A stretch of 20,307 nt of DNA, taken from a virus. The DNA lies in IMG/VR virus record IMGVR_UViG_3300032164_003094. One strand, given 5' to 3'. Positions 1-7,016 of the stretch are shown piece after piece. Both the position numbers and the translations under genes were made by a program. Under the pieces are notes generated by a model. That model was not told the DNA's origin and searched no databases. It was given only the letters and a program-made list of their open reading frames with translations. Every line of letters begins with the position of its first letter. Position 1 is the first letter of the stretch.

Positions 1-28
1 TTCAGCCTGATGGCCGTGGTCGAGACGG

Positions 29-955
29 TCAGCTTGCGATGACGCCCGTCTGCGCAACCCTGGCGGCTATGCGGAGAAGGTCCAGCCCCTCTCGGCGGGA
101 GCTAAGATGTCTCTTCTTCGGATTGAAGACCATGCCCTCGGCGTCGAGCTGCTTCTTGACCTCGCCCTGAGCAATGGCCCGGCTCGCCGGGTCCCGGAAC
201 TGTGTGTTGACGAGCTTCTGAAGCTCCGCGGGACCGTACTCGTCCTCGTCCATCTCATCCATGTGCTTGACGAAGGCATCGACCGATCCGTAGATGGCTT
301 CGTCCGCCTCGCGCTGGGCCTGGGCGGCCTCCGCCTGCTCCGTCTCGCGCGCCTTCTCCGCCTGGTTCTGACGGGCCAACTCGTTGATCTCCGCCTGCTC
401 CTTCCGGAGCTGCGGGTCACGCGTGAGGGACTTCGCCTCCGGCGGATGGTTTTCGAGGACGTGATCGTTCAGCTGCTCCAGGGCGTCGACGAGGTCGACC
501 AGGTCCGCGGGGTCCTTGAGCTGCGGGCTCCCGTTCGCGTCGAACGAAATATCCACCTTGCCGGCCGGGGTCGGGAACATGTACTTACCCGCGCCCTTCA
601 TCTTCGGGGTCTTGAAGAAGAACCCTCCCTCCAGGTTCACCACCGTGGCCTTTCCGGCGATCTCCTTACCCGACCCCTGGACTGGCGGTATTAGCGTCCC
701 CTTGACGAGGAGCGTCCCGTTGAGGTTCGCCTTGTTGAAGTCATCGGGCCGAGCCGGGAAGGAAAAGGAGTCCTCCGACTGCCCCCGGACTCCCGAGGAT
801 AGGGCGTCGTAGCCGAAGTCGGGGTTCAGCTTGCCCAGGAGCGGCTGAATCGTCGTCTTGACGAGGTCGGAGATCGCCTTCGCCACTGCCGGGTTGGCTG
901 CGGCCGTCAGGTCCGCCTGGGAAACGAGAGTCTCCGCTATCCTCTTCAGGTCCAT
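29..955 (-). CDS. Hypothetical protein, 308 aa. The N-terminal half is Gly/Lys-rich (possibly beta-rich). The C-terminal half is acidic and Gln/Glu-rich, probably coiled coil. No motif recognised.
   Basis: Long ORF whose amino-acid composition looks like a real protein. ATG at 953-955 is preceded by AAGGGG. The plus-strand ORF 107-694 on the opposite strand is Leu/Arg-rich shadow. The next gene follows after a 23-nt gap. Confidence 0.55.
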   Translation of the reverse strand: MDLKRIAETLVSQADLTAAANPAVAKAISDLVKTTIQPLLGKLNPDFGYDALSSGVRGQSEDSFSFPARPDDFNKANLNGTLLVKGTLIPPVQGSGKEIAGKATVVNLEGGFFFKTPKMKGAGKYMFPTPAGKVDISFDANGSPQLKDPADLVDLVDALEQLNDHVLENHPPEAKSLTRDPQLRKEQAEINELARQNQAEKARETEQAEAAQAQREADEAIYGSVDAFVKHMDEMDEDEYGPAELQKLVNTQFRDPASRAIAQGEVKKQLDAEGMVFNPKKRHLSSRREGLDLLRIAARVAQTGVIAS

Positions 956-978
956 GACCTACCCCTTCGAGAAAAGCT

Positions 979-1413
979 CTACCGGACAGTCCCATCACTG
1001 TTCCCGCGGAGGACCGTGTAGAACGGCAGGCTATTGGCGTTGATCCGCTTCGCCGCCGCCTCGTCGTCCTGTTGGTCGGGAACCATCAGCTTCACCTCAC
1101 GGGCAAGCGATAAGAGCTTCGGGTCGTTCGTAATGCGCGCCAGATCCCTGGCCGCGTTTGGGTTGCGGAGGAGGACGTCGTACACCTGCTCGTACGTCAG
1201 CTCGTCCAAAATGCACCTCCCCGGAAAGCCGGGGGCCCGCAGCTGGAACCATATGTTGCACTCCGTGTCGCCCGTACACTTTGTGCAACAGTTCTTTTCG
1301 GGGTTCACGTCCTCCGACATGTCCTCAATGCTATGGCAGCCGCAGTCGCTCCCGTCGTCGATCGGCTGAGGGCACGGAGGGAGGCCAGGGTGCATCGGGT
1401 TGTGATCCGCCAT
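979..1413 (-). CDS. Cysteine-rich hypothetical protein (CPQP..CGCH..CCTKCTGDTEC motif cluster). Start taken at the internal ATG (MADHNPMHPG); the ORF track extends it to a TTG at 1440.
   Basis: Protein-like ORF with clustered Cys/His in the N-terminal third. It lies in the same orientation as gene 29-955, 23 nt upstream of it. The start codon is uncertain and no clear SD is present. Confidence 0.45.
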   Translation of the reverse strand: MADHNPMHPGLPPCPQPIDDGSDCGCHSIEDMSEDVNPEKNCCTKCTGDTECNIWFQLRAPGFPGRCILDELTYEQVYDVLLRNPNAARDLARITNDPKLLSLAREVKLMVPDQQDDEAAAKRINANSLPFYTVLRGNSDGTVR

Positions 1414-1478
1414 AACGGACCGTACGGAAAGGAAGCTCAAGGCCTATGGTGAAGCATCACTCTTGGTAACGTTTCACT

Positions 1479-2048
1479 ATGGTCATTGGAGATAGATACG
1501 GACGGCTTGAGGTACTCGGAATCCGACCGCATCGACTACCGGGAGGGAAATCAAGCCCCCGCGCTTCAGTCCGATGTGACTGTGGGAAAGAAAAGGAGGT
1601 CTTTTCCGTTTCCCTTGTTCAAGGGAAGACTCGTTCGTGCGGATGTGACAAGTCCTTTTACAGCAAGATGACGGGAGTAAACAGTTACAAGTTCTCGGGT
1701 CATATGGAGATCCGAGGGACTCTCTGGAGCAAGTACATGCTTCGAGCTTCGAAAAGAAACATCCCGTTCACGGTCCGAATCGAGGACGCATGGGAGCTTT
1801 TCGAGAAGCAAGAAAGGAAGTGCGTCCTTTCCGGGATCCCAATCTTGTTCGGAGGTTCCCATCCGCTATCTGACACGACAGCTTCTTTGGACCGGCTGGA
1901 CCCATCTCTCGGTTATATCATAGAGAATGTCCAATGGGTTCACAAGATCGTGAACATGATGCGCTGGACGCTGTCCGTGAACGAGTTTGTCAACTGGTGC
2001 TCGTTGGTCACTCAGAGGGCGGCACTGACGACGCAGTCAGCGCCGTGA
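1479..2048 (+). CDS. Phage-type HNH endonuclease-like protein. It has an N-terminal zinc finger (GRLEVLG..RCDCGKEKEV..G.T.SCGC) and a C-terminal HNH_3-like region (ASLDRLDPSLGYIIENVQWVHKIVNMMRW..EFVNWC).
   Basis: The motif layout (FGRL.V, C.C.CG, SCGC, then SLDR.D..GY...NVQWVH..N.MK) matches my memory of free-standing phage HNH endonucleases. The gene is markedly AT-richer (about 50% GC by eye) than its neighbours. Its 3' end overlaps the convergent nitrilase gene by about 37 nt. Confidence 0.6.
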   Translation: MVIGDRYGRLEVLGIRPHRLPGGKSSPRASVRCDCGKEKEVFSVSLVQGKTRSCGCDKSFYSKMTGVNSYKFSGHMEIRGTLWSKYMLRASKRNIPFTVRIEDAWELFEKQERKCVLSGIPILFGGSHPLSDTTASLDRLDPSLGYIIENVQWVHKIVNMMRWTLSVNEFVNWCSLVTQRAALTTQSAP

Positions 2049-2788
2049 ACCATGCCCCCCGTGTGGACTTTCCACTCGGGCGTAATGATGGCAGTCTTTC
2101 CGGTGCCGAACTTACTGACAAACTCGGTACCGGGAGCGTTCTCGTCACCCCATCGGTCCGCGACTGCGAGAATGCAGTGGTTGTCCGCCACGAAGTTCAT
2201 GAAAGTAACCGGGGGGTACCCACCACCGGACCCCCAGTTCGTCATGCCGGCGACGATATCTACCCGTTTACCCTTCCACAAAGGCTTTTCTTTGGCCGTA
2301 CGGGGAATGTTCTCCGGGATTTTGTCCCGAATATCTCTGCAGATGACCACGGACATCTTCCCAAGTTCAGTGTCAACTATCGGTGCCGGCTCTTCACCAG
2401 GAGTGGCCCACAGGTAGTCGCACGAGTATAGGTTGATTTTACGGTAAGAAGTCACCAGTTTTCCGTCCGGGCCGACCATCGAGCAGGAGTTGTGGAGCTT
2501 CCCGTCCGCGACCTCGACGTAGCCCCAGGCCACGTACGCCTTCAGCTCGACGGCCGCCCCTCTCATCGCCCGGAAGGTCGGCCCGTCGAACGCCTCGGAC
2601 ACCCTGGCGGCCTCATCGCGGCCCAGGAAGGAGTATCCGGTGAAGGCGAGCTCGGGAAAGACAATGAGCTGAGAGCCGAGGCGTCCTGCTTCATGGATGA
2701 GGTTCGCCGCCCGTCGGATGTTGTCCGACACGTCCGCCGGGCACGAGGCGAGTCGAGGCCGAAACTGAACGCATGAAAGAATGTTCAC
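2012..2788 (-). CDS. Carbon-nitrogen hydrolase (nitrilase superfamily) enzyme, 258 aa.
   Basis: Catalytic triad context is visible: FPELAF (Glu), YRKINLY (Lys), VVICRD (Cys). The length is typical. The GTG start overlaps the TGA stop of the upstream J-domain gene (GTGA). Confidence 0.85.
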   Translation of the reverse strand: MNILSCVQFRPRLASCPADVSDNIRRAANLIHEAGRLGSQLIVFPELAFTGYSFLGRDEAARVSEAFDGPTFRAMRGAAVELKAYVAWGYVEVADGKLHNSCSMVGPDGKLVTSYRKINLYSCDYLWATPGEEPAPIVDTELGKMSVVICRDIRDKIPENIPRTAKEKPLWKGKRVDIVAGMTNWGSGGGYPPVTFMNFVADNHCILAVADRWGDENAPGTEFVSKFGTGKTAIITPEWKVHTGGMVHGADCVVSAAL

Positions 2789-3111
2789 TTTAGCGGATCC
2801 ACGTCAATGAAGACCGAGCGCTTGCTCTCCCGGTCGGCCTCACGTTTCTCCTCGGCCTCCCGGAACTTCGACTTGAAGTCCTCAGTCCCCCTCTCGATCG
2901 CCTCAAACGCCTCGGAAACCCTCTTGAACTTCGAGGGGTCGCCACCCCGGTCCGGATGGTGTTTGACCTGAAGGGAGGTCCGGGTCTTCCTCGCCTCCTC
3001 GAGAAGGCCCTCCAGGAAGGGGACCATGTCCTGGCGCTTCCGGGCCTTTGCGTCGGCGAGGATGGACGGCAGGTCACGGCCGAAAAGGCGCCAAGCTTCG
3101 TACAGGTCCAT
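2785..3111 (-). CDS. Small J-domain co-chaperone-like protein, 108 aa, with an HPD motif.
   Basis: KHHPDRGGDPSKFKRVSEAFEAI is a canonical J-domain helix II-III with HPD. It is translationally coupled on both sides: TAATG with the upstream small ORF and GTGA with the downstream nitrilase. Confidence 0.75.
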   Translation of the reverse strand: MDLYEAWRLFGRDLPSILADAKARKRQDMVPFLEGLLEEARKTRTSLQVKHHPDRGGDPSKFKRVSEAFEAIERGTEDFKSKFREAEEKREADRESKRSVFIDVDPLK

Positions 3112-3278
3112 TACCCGAACAAGCCCTTCAAACTTCTAGCGCCCCTTTTCTTTGGCTTCGTGAGCCGCCGGTCGAGAAAGGCCTTCAGCTCGGCGATAGT
3201 GGCCATATCCCTGCCGTTCACCCGGTGGAACTCGGCCACCATCTTATCCAGCTTGGTCGAAAACTCGTCGTATGTCAT
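3111..3278 (-). CDS. Small hypothetical protein, 55 aa (MTYDEFSTKLDKMVAEFHRVNGRDMATIAELKAFLDRRLTKPKKRGARSLKGLFG). It is not in the supplied ORF track because it is under 60 aa.
   Basis: I translated the minus strand by hand. ATG at 3276-3278 and a TAA stop that overlaps the ATG of the J-domain gene (TAATG). It is the first gene of the small-ORF/J-domain/nitrilase operon. Confidence 0.35.
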   Translation of the reverse strand: MTYDEFSTKLDKMVAEFHRVNGRDMATIAELKAFLDRRLTKPKKRGARSLKGLFG

Positions 3279-3373
3279 CGACAATTCCGTAAATACGGTA
3301 CTCGGTTCGGTAAAATCAGCGTGTAAAGTCGTGAGTGACGACCAAGCTAATCTTTCAAGCTCTCTGGACTCGA

Positions 3374-3544
3374 ATGGTTTTCCTAGCCGAAGAGTTCGGG
3401 GACACCAGGCTCCGGGCGGTCCTCACAAACCACGAGGACCGCCGAGAGTATATCTGCCGGAAACTGGGCGTGGTTTCGGACGGGGACATTCATAGGATCA
3501 GGGCTGCCAGGCAGAACCGTGGTGAACGAGGGAGGACCCCGTGA
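3374..3544 (+). CDS. Small hypothetical protein, about 56 aa (MVFLAEEFGDTRLRAVLTNHEDRREYICRKLGVVSDGDIHRIRAARQNRGERGRTP).
   Basis: Short ORF sitting divergent from the minus-strand operon. The ORF track starts it at 3335, but the internal ATG at 3374 follows an AT-rich stretch. No motif recognised. Confidence 0.3.
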   Translation: MVFLAEEFGDTRLRAVLTNHEDRREYICRKLGVVSDGDIHRIRAARQNRGERGRTP

Positions 3545-3548
3545 GTAA

Positions 3549-3600
3549 TTGTGTGCAACTGCAAGAATTGGTAAAGTGGGCTTCAAAGGCTCCCGGAGGA
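3549..3600 (+). promoter_or_regulatory. Sigma-70-like promoter candidate, TTGTGT-N17-TAAAGT, followed by the SD GGAGGA (3595-3600) 4 nt before the ATG of the histone-like gene.
   Basis: -35-like TTGTGT at 3549-3554, a 17-nt spacer, and -10-like TAAAGT at 3572-3577, all inside an AT-rich island within otherwise GC-rich DNA. The SD GGAGGA is textbook. Confidence 0.35.
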
Positions 3601-3604
3601 TAAC

Positions 3605-4381
3605 ATGACGAAGAAGAAGACGAATACGGATACGAAGACCCAGCAGGCCCCCAAGCCGGCGAAGATCAAGACGAAAACCGAGGTCCGGAACGCGTCGGCC
3701 CAGGCCGACAAGCTCGTTCGCGGGATGGACAACAACTCCGTGTCGATCCAGAAGCACCAGCAGGAGATCGAGAAGAAGATCGCGGAAAACGCGAAGAGCG
3801 CCGTGACAGTGCGCTCTCTCATCGCCGGCATCTCGAACGTCGCCCTCACCGCCCAGCCCGCTCCCGCTCCCGCGAAGGCCAAGCCGGCCGCGAAGGCCAA
3901 GCCGGCCGCGAAGGCCAAGCCGGCCGCGAAGGCCAAACCGACCTCGGCGGCCAAGCCGGCCGCGAAGGCCAAGCCGGCCGCGAAGGCCAAGCCGGCCGCG
4001 AAGGCAGCGGCAAAGCCAGCGTCCAAGTCGGCTTCAGGCGGGGTGGAGTGGAGGACGAAACACAAGCTTGACATCGTCGCGCGAGACATCGTCGCGTCGG
4101 CCGACAAGCCCCTGACGGCCGCGGAAATCTACCACGGCTGCGAGGCTTACGCCAAGAAGCACGCCTTCAAAGACGAATACGGCGACGACGACTGCTGGAG
4201 CCGCCAGTCGCTCTACAACCAGCTCAAGATCGTCGCCCGCTTCACCAAGTCCGGCGACGGGGCGACGGCGACCTACCAGAACGCTGCCTCGAAGGCTGCC
4301 TCGAAGGCTGCCACGGACCAGGACGCCGACGAGTACGTCAAGAAGGTCGAGAAGAATCAGACCGTCGCGAACGTGAGCTAA
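3605..4381 (+). CDS. Histone H1-like / AlgP-like basic DNA-binding protein with (AKPAAK)n repeats, 258 aa.
   Basis: N-terminus is Lys/Thr-rich. The central section carries 7-8 copies of AKPAAKAKP, characteristic of bacterial H1-like proteins (AlgP/Hc1 type). The C-terminal 110 aa look globular. A strong SD precedes the gene and a hairpin terminator follows it. Confidence 0.8.
   Translation: MTKKKTNTDTKTQQAPKPAKIKTKTEVRNASAQADKLVRGMDNNSVSIQKHQQEIEKKIAENAKSAVTVRSLIAGISNVALTAQPAPAPAKAKPAAKAKPAAKAKPAAKAKPTSAAKPAAKAKPAAKAKPAAKAAAKPASKSASGGVEWRTKHKLDIVARDIVASADKPLTAAEIYHGCEAYAKKHAFKDEYGDDDCWSRQSLYNQLKIVARFTKSGDGATATYQNAASKAASKAATDQDADEYVKKVEKNQTVANVS
3874..4005 (+). repeat. 18-bp tandem repeat (gccaagccggccgcgaag, about 6-7 copies with one interrupted copy) encoding AKPAAK.
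   Basis: Near-perfect DNA-level tandem repeat directly visible in the sequence. It is a candidate for repeat-number variation. Confidence 0.8.
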
Positions 4382-4395
4382 GGACGCCATGTCCC

Positions 4396-4434
4396 AGTAC
4401 AGGTCCGGAAATCGGGAGTCCGGACCTGTACTTT
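4396..4434 (+). terminator. Intrinsic-terminator-like hairpin downstream of the histone-like gene: 14-bp stem (agtacaggtccgga/tccggacctgtact), 9-nt loop, then CTTTCCGTT.
   Basis: Perfect inverted repeat 4396-4409/4419-4432 followed by a short T-run. It lies 15 nt after the stop codon at 4381. Confidence 0.5.
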
Positions 4435-4442
4435 CCGTTCGA

Positions 4443-4748
4443 ATGGAAGGGCTTCTCAAAACCTACGCGACGAGGCTCGCTCGCAAAACCGTTCTCCAGC
4501 AGGTCGGTCTCCCGGGCCTCGAGGTCCTGAAGACGGAAGAGCACTTACTGGAGATGGCCCTCTCTAGGCTAAGGGAGGAGCTTTTGGGTATGCGAGAGCG
4601 CCCAAAGGATAGTACGGTGGCCGACATGGTACGCCGGGAGGCCTCCATGCTCGTCGAGCGTTATGCGGACGACGAGGGAATACGGCTGGCCGCCCGTACG
4701 GAAGTAGAGTCCTTGAGTGATAACGACATTCTTCCAAGGCTCCACTAA
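4443..4748 (+). CDS. Hypothetical alpha-helical protein, 101 aa. Start taken at the ATG after the terminator hairpin (MEGLLKTY...); the track starts it at 4389, inside the hairpin.
   Basis: ORF with protein-like composition. The earlier start would put the terminator stem inside the coding region, so the 4443 ATG was preferred. Confidence 0.45.
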   Translation: MEGLLKTYATRLARKTVLQQVGLPGLEVLKTEEHLLEMALSRLREELLGMRERPKDSTVADMVRREASMLVERYADDEGIRLAARTEVESLSDNDILPRLH

Positions 4749-5357
4749 GTGGACCTGAACTTGGTCACGGCATTAAGCCATGTGAAGATGGCCATGATGG
4801 GCGCAGCTGAAAAGTCCGCGAAGCGCCGGCTTGCCGTGTACTCGAACACCATCACATGCAAAAAAGGGTGTGATGGCTGTTGTTCTCGAATGGTGCACAT
4901 CACCATTGCTGAGGCGGTCGTTATCCAAGAACATGTGCAGAAAACCGGGAAGTGGTCTGAGGTCAGGGCTAGGGCGATCACCATGGCCACGGTCGTAAAA
5001 GTCGCCAACCCCGTTTCATGGTTCAAGATGAACTTCAAATGCCCAATCCTAGACCCGGCAGCCAAGACGTGTCTTGCCTATGAAGTCCGCCCAGCTCCAT
5101 GCTCGGTCCATTTCGTTACGTCCGATCCAAACCTCTGCGACCCGTGGTCGACGTCCGGAGGGGGGTATCAGCCCGTGGAGATGGAGGACGTTTACGAGGA
5201 GTCATCCAGGAAGATAGAGTCGAAGGTCGACGGCCACGGGATCCTGGCATTCAAACTTCCCCTCCCAGTAGCGCTCCTTCTCGCTGAGCGCATTAAGCAC
5301 CGGAAAGGCCTATCTTCTCAAGAGGTCATGTCTTTCATATTCAACGAGTTGAAATGA
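4749..5357 (+). CDS. YkgJ/UPF0153-like putative Fe-S or zinc-chelating protein (C-x3-C-x2-CC motif CKKGCDGCC, with further conserved Cys).
   Basis: CKKGCDGCC followed by C..CPILD and CLAYEVRPAPC resembles the CxxCxxCC putative metal-chelating domain family. GTG start overlaps the previous stop (TAAGTG). The region has lower GC than the rest of the window. Confidence 0.5.
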   Translation: MDLNLVTALSHVKMAMMGAAEKSAKRRLAVYSNTITCKKGCDGCCSRMVHITIAEAVVIQEHVQKTGKWSEVRARAITMATVVKVANPVSWFKMNFKCPILDPAAKTCLAYEVRPAPCSVHFVTSDPNLCDPWSTSGGGYQPVEMEDVYEESSRKIESKVDGHGILAFKLPLPVALLLAERIKHRKGLSSQEVMSFIFNELK

Positions 5358-5590
5358 ACTGTGACTATTGCGGAGAGAAGACGGAGAGGACGGTCGAGGC
5401 GGTCGAGGAGAACGTTCCCGTCTGCCATCGGTGCGCGATCTTGCTCTCGAGCCCGATGACGGGCTCGAGGCTGATCCGAGGCCATATGAACCTGCGGCTT
5501 AGGGAGAAGATGGGGAAACGGCAGCTCGACCTTCTGTTCGAGAAGGCGATGCCCATCTTAGAGTCGATGAAGAGGAAGGACGCTTCCTAG
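5354..5590 (+). CDS. Small zinc-ribbon-like protein, 78 aa (CDYC...CHRC).
   Basis: Two CxxC pairs spaced about 20 aa apart. ATGA start/stop overlap with the upstream gene. Its stop shares a CTAG tetranucleotide with the stop of the convergent sigma factor gene. Confidence 0.5.
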   Translation: MNCDYCGEKTERTVEAVEENVPVCHRCAILLSSPMTGSRLIRGHMNLRLREKMGKRQLDLLFEKAMPILESMKRKDAS

Positions 5591-6276
5591 CTCGCCGCGG
5601 CGAGCATCCGCACTGCGGCCGGAATCCGCTGCTTGATGTCGCGGATGGTCTTCGTGGTGACCTTTCGATCACCGAACGAGAGGGACTCGCGCACGACCTC
5701 GGCGCTCGCGCCGGATCGGACCGCCCGGACATACCGTGCCAAATCCCACTCGCCTTTCATCCGCAGGGCGTGCTCGAAGGACTCCAGCTTTTCGGTGAAC
5801 GCGTCCGGCTCAACCCGCGCGTTCACGTCCTCGACTGTGTCGAGGAGCGAACGGCCGTCGTCCGGGCCCACGGGCGCGTCGATGGAGTCTTTTTCCCGGT
5901 CATACCGGCGCTTCTTGTGGACGAGGTTGACGCACACGTTGTTGGCCACCATGTAGACGTAGTGGCCGAACGAGCTCTTGTTCGGATTGTGCGCGGACCG
6001 CGTGCAGTTTTTGTGGATGATCGCGACGAAGACCTCCTGGATGAGCTCCTCCATCGAGTACCCCTCCACTCGGAAGAACTTGTGTACGATCTTCGTGACG
6101 TCGAGCTTTTTCTCGATGACGTCGATGCCGAGGGGTACGGACGCTACGGCCTTTCCGTTCTCATCCACTTCCGCCTTTGAAAACCTGGGCCAAGGTAGCT
6201 TGTCGGGGATCCTCTTCAAAGGCTTCCCGGGGACTCTGATGATCTTGGCCTGTTGGGCCAGCTTTCCGATTTCCAT
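5587..6276 (-). CDS. Sigma-70 family (ECF-like) RNA polymerase sigma factor, about 229 aa.
   Basis: Region 2-like segment: EELIQEVFVAIIHK...FGHYVYMVANNVCVNLVHKKRRY. Region 4-like HTH: DLARYVRAVRSGASAEVVRESLSFGDRKVTTKTIRDIKQRI. ATG at 6274-6276 preceded by GGAGAG at 6283-6288; the track starts it 2 codons earlier at a GTG. Confidence 0.7.
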   Translation of the reverse strand: MEIGKLAQQAKIIRVPGKPLKRIPDKLPWPRFSKAEVDENGKAVASVPLGIDVIEKKLDVTKIVHKFFRVEGYSMEELIQEVFVAIIHKNCTRSAHNPNKSSFGHYVYMVANNVCVNLVHKKRRYDREKDSIDAPVGPDDGRSLLDTVEDVNARVEPDAFTEKLESFEHALRMKGEWDLARYVRAVRSGASAEVVRESLSFGDRKVTTKTIRDIKQRIPAAVRMLAAAS

Positions 6277-6312
6277 TGCCACCTCTCCAATTAGACTGTC
6301 GACGCCCGCGCG

Positions 6313-6344
6313 TGCAGTATATCCCCCCTAGAGGATATACTGCA
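6313..6344. promoter_or_regulatory. Perfect 12-bp inverted repeat TGCAGTATATCC-N8-GGATATACTGCA in the divergent intergenic region between the sigma factor gene and gene 6396-7016. Candidate operator and back-to-back -10 elements (TATACT on both strands).
   Basis: Directly visible palindrome. TATACT is 5/6 of the -10 consensus and appears in both orientations, roughly 40-55 nt upstream of the two divergent starts. Confidence 0.5.
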
Positions 6345-6395
6345 GTTTAGCACACAGAGGACGATTGGTGCAAGCAATCTCGAACGTAATGTTTT

Positions 6396-7016
6396 ATGGA
6401 GCTTCAGATGTCCCAGGACTTTCTTCGAGAGTGCATGTCCGACCCGGCGCTGGTTCAGGGCCAAGTGCCCATAGACGAGTTCAACAAGGCGTATTGCGTC
6501 AGGTGCGTCCAAAAGGAGTGCGCCAGGGCCGGACTGAACGGGTCCCTGCTCTCCAGACGCGCGGCGACCTGGCATACAAACCTGTTCGAAAAGCCTCCCC
6601 GGGCGGCAGAGGACGATCCGCGCTATCAGTCCATACGGGCAAAGAAGTTCCTCCAGACCTCAAGTGAGGTCGTGGAGCTCCGGAACAACGGGGTGAACTA
6701 CGAAGTGCAGACCAGGGAGATGCCAGAGGCCCTCCGGAAAACCCCGCCGGAGCCGCCGGCCTTTGATCCGCCACCCCCGGCCCCCGTCTGGGCGGAGCCC
6801 GCTCCGCCCGTTCCGGAGCCTGTTGAAGCAGTCCCGGCGCCCGTCCTTGACGTTCCGCCGGTCCCAGAGCCAGCGCCCGTCGCACCACCAGCCCGCCAGT
6901 TTGACGCACCGCCCCAAAACACCCCCTTCGAGCAGGGGACGGTTCTCCCGGGCGGCCCCAGCGAGAAAACGGTAGAAGTAGGAGGCTCCTATGTCTTCGG
7001 ATCTGACGAACAGTAA
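6396..7016 (+). CDS. Hypothetical protein, 206 aa. The N-terminus has Cys pairs (CVRCVQKEC). The C-terminal half is extremely Pro-rich with PxP/PAPV repeats.
   Basis: Long ORF divergent from the sigma factor gene. The Pro-rich tail is PPEPPAFDPPPPAPVWAEPAPPVPEPVEAVPAPVLDVPPVPEPAPVAPP. The start could also be the ATG at 6408. Confidence 0.5.
   Translation: MELQMSQDFLRECMSDPALVQGQVPIDEFNKAYCVRCVQKECARAGLNGSLLSRRAATWHTNLFEKPPRAAEDDPRYQSIRAKKFLQTSSEVVELRNNGVNYEVQTREMPEALRKTPPEPPAFDPPPPAPVWAEPAPPVPEPVEAVPAPVLDVPPVPEPAPVAPPARQFDAPPQNTPFEQGTVLPGGPSEKTVEVGGSYVFGSDEQ

Noticed and set aside
1-42. Possible 3' end of a plus-strand gene entering the window (FSLMAVVETVSLR*), and a possible minus-strand gene end near 20220-20307
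   Set aside because: Too short within the window to judge. The 20220-20307 stretch is AT-richer and more promoter-like than coding.
107-694. 195-aa plus-strand ORF opposite gene 29-955
   Set aside because: Leu/Arg-rich composition typical of antisense GC-rich coding sequence. The minus-strand frame is more protein-like and continues the operon with 979-1413.
3583-4459. Minus-strand ORFs (174 and 141 aa) with AAGLAF repeats opposite the histone-like gene
   Set aside because: The repeats are just the reverse complement of the AKPAAK-encoding 18-bp repeat. The plus-strand gene has the SD, promoter and terminator.
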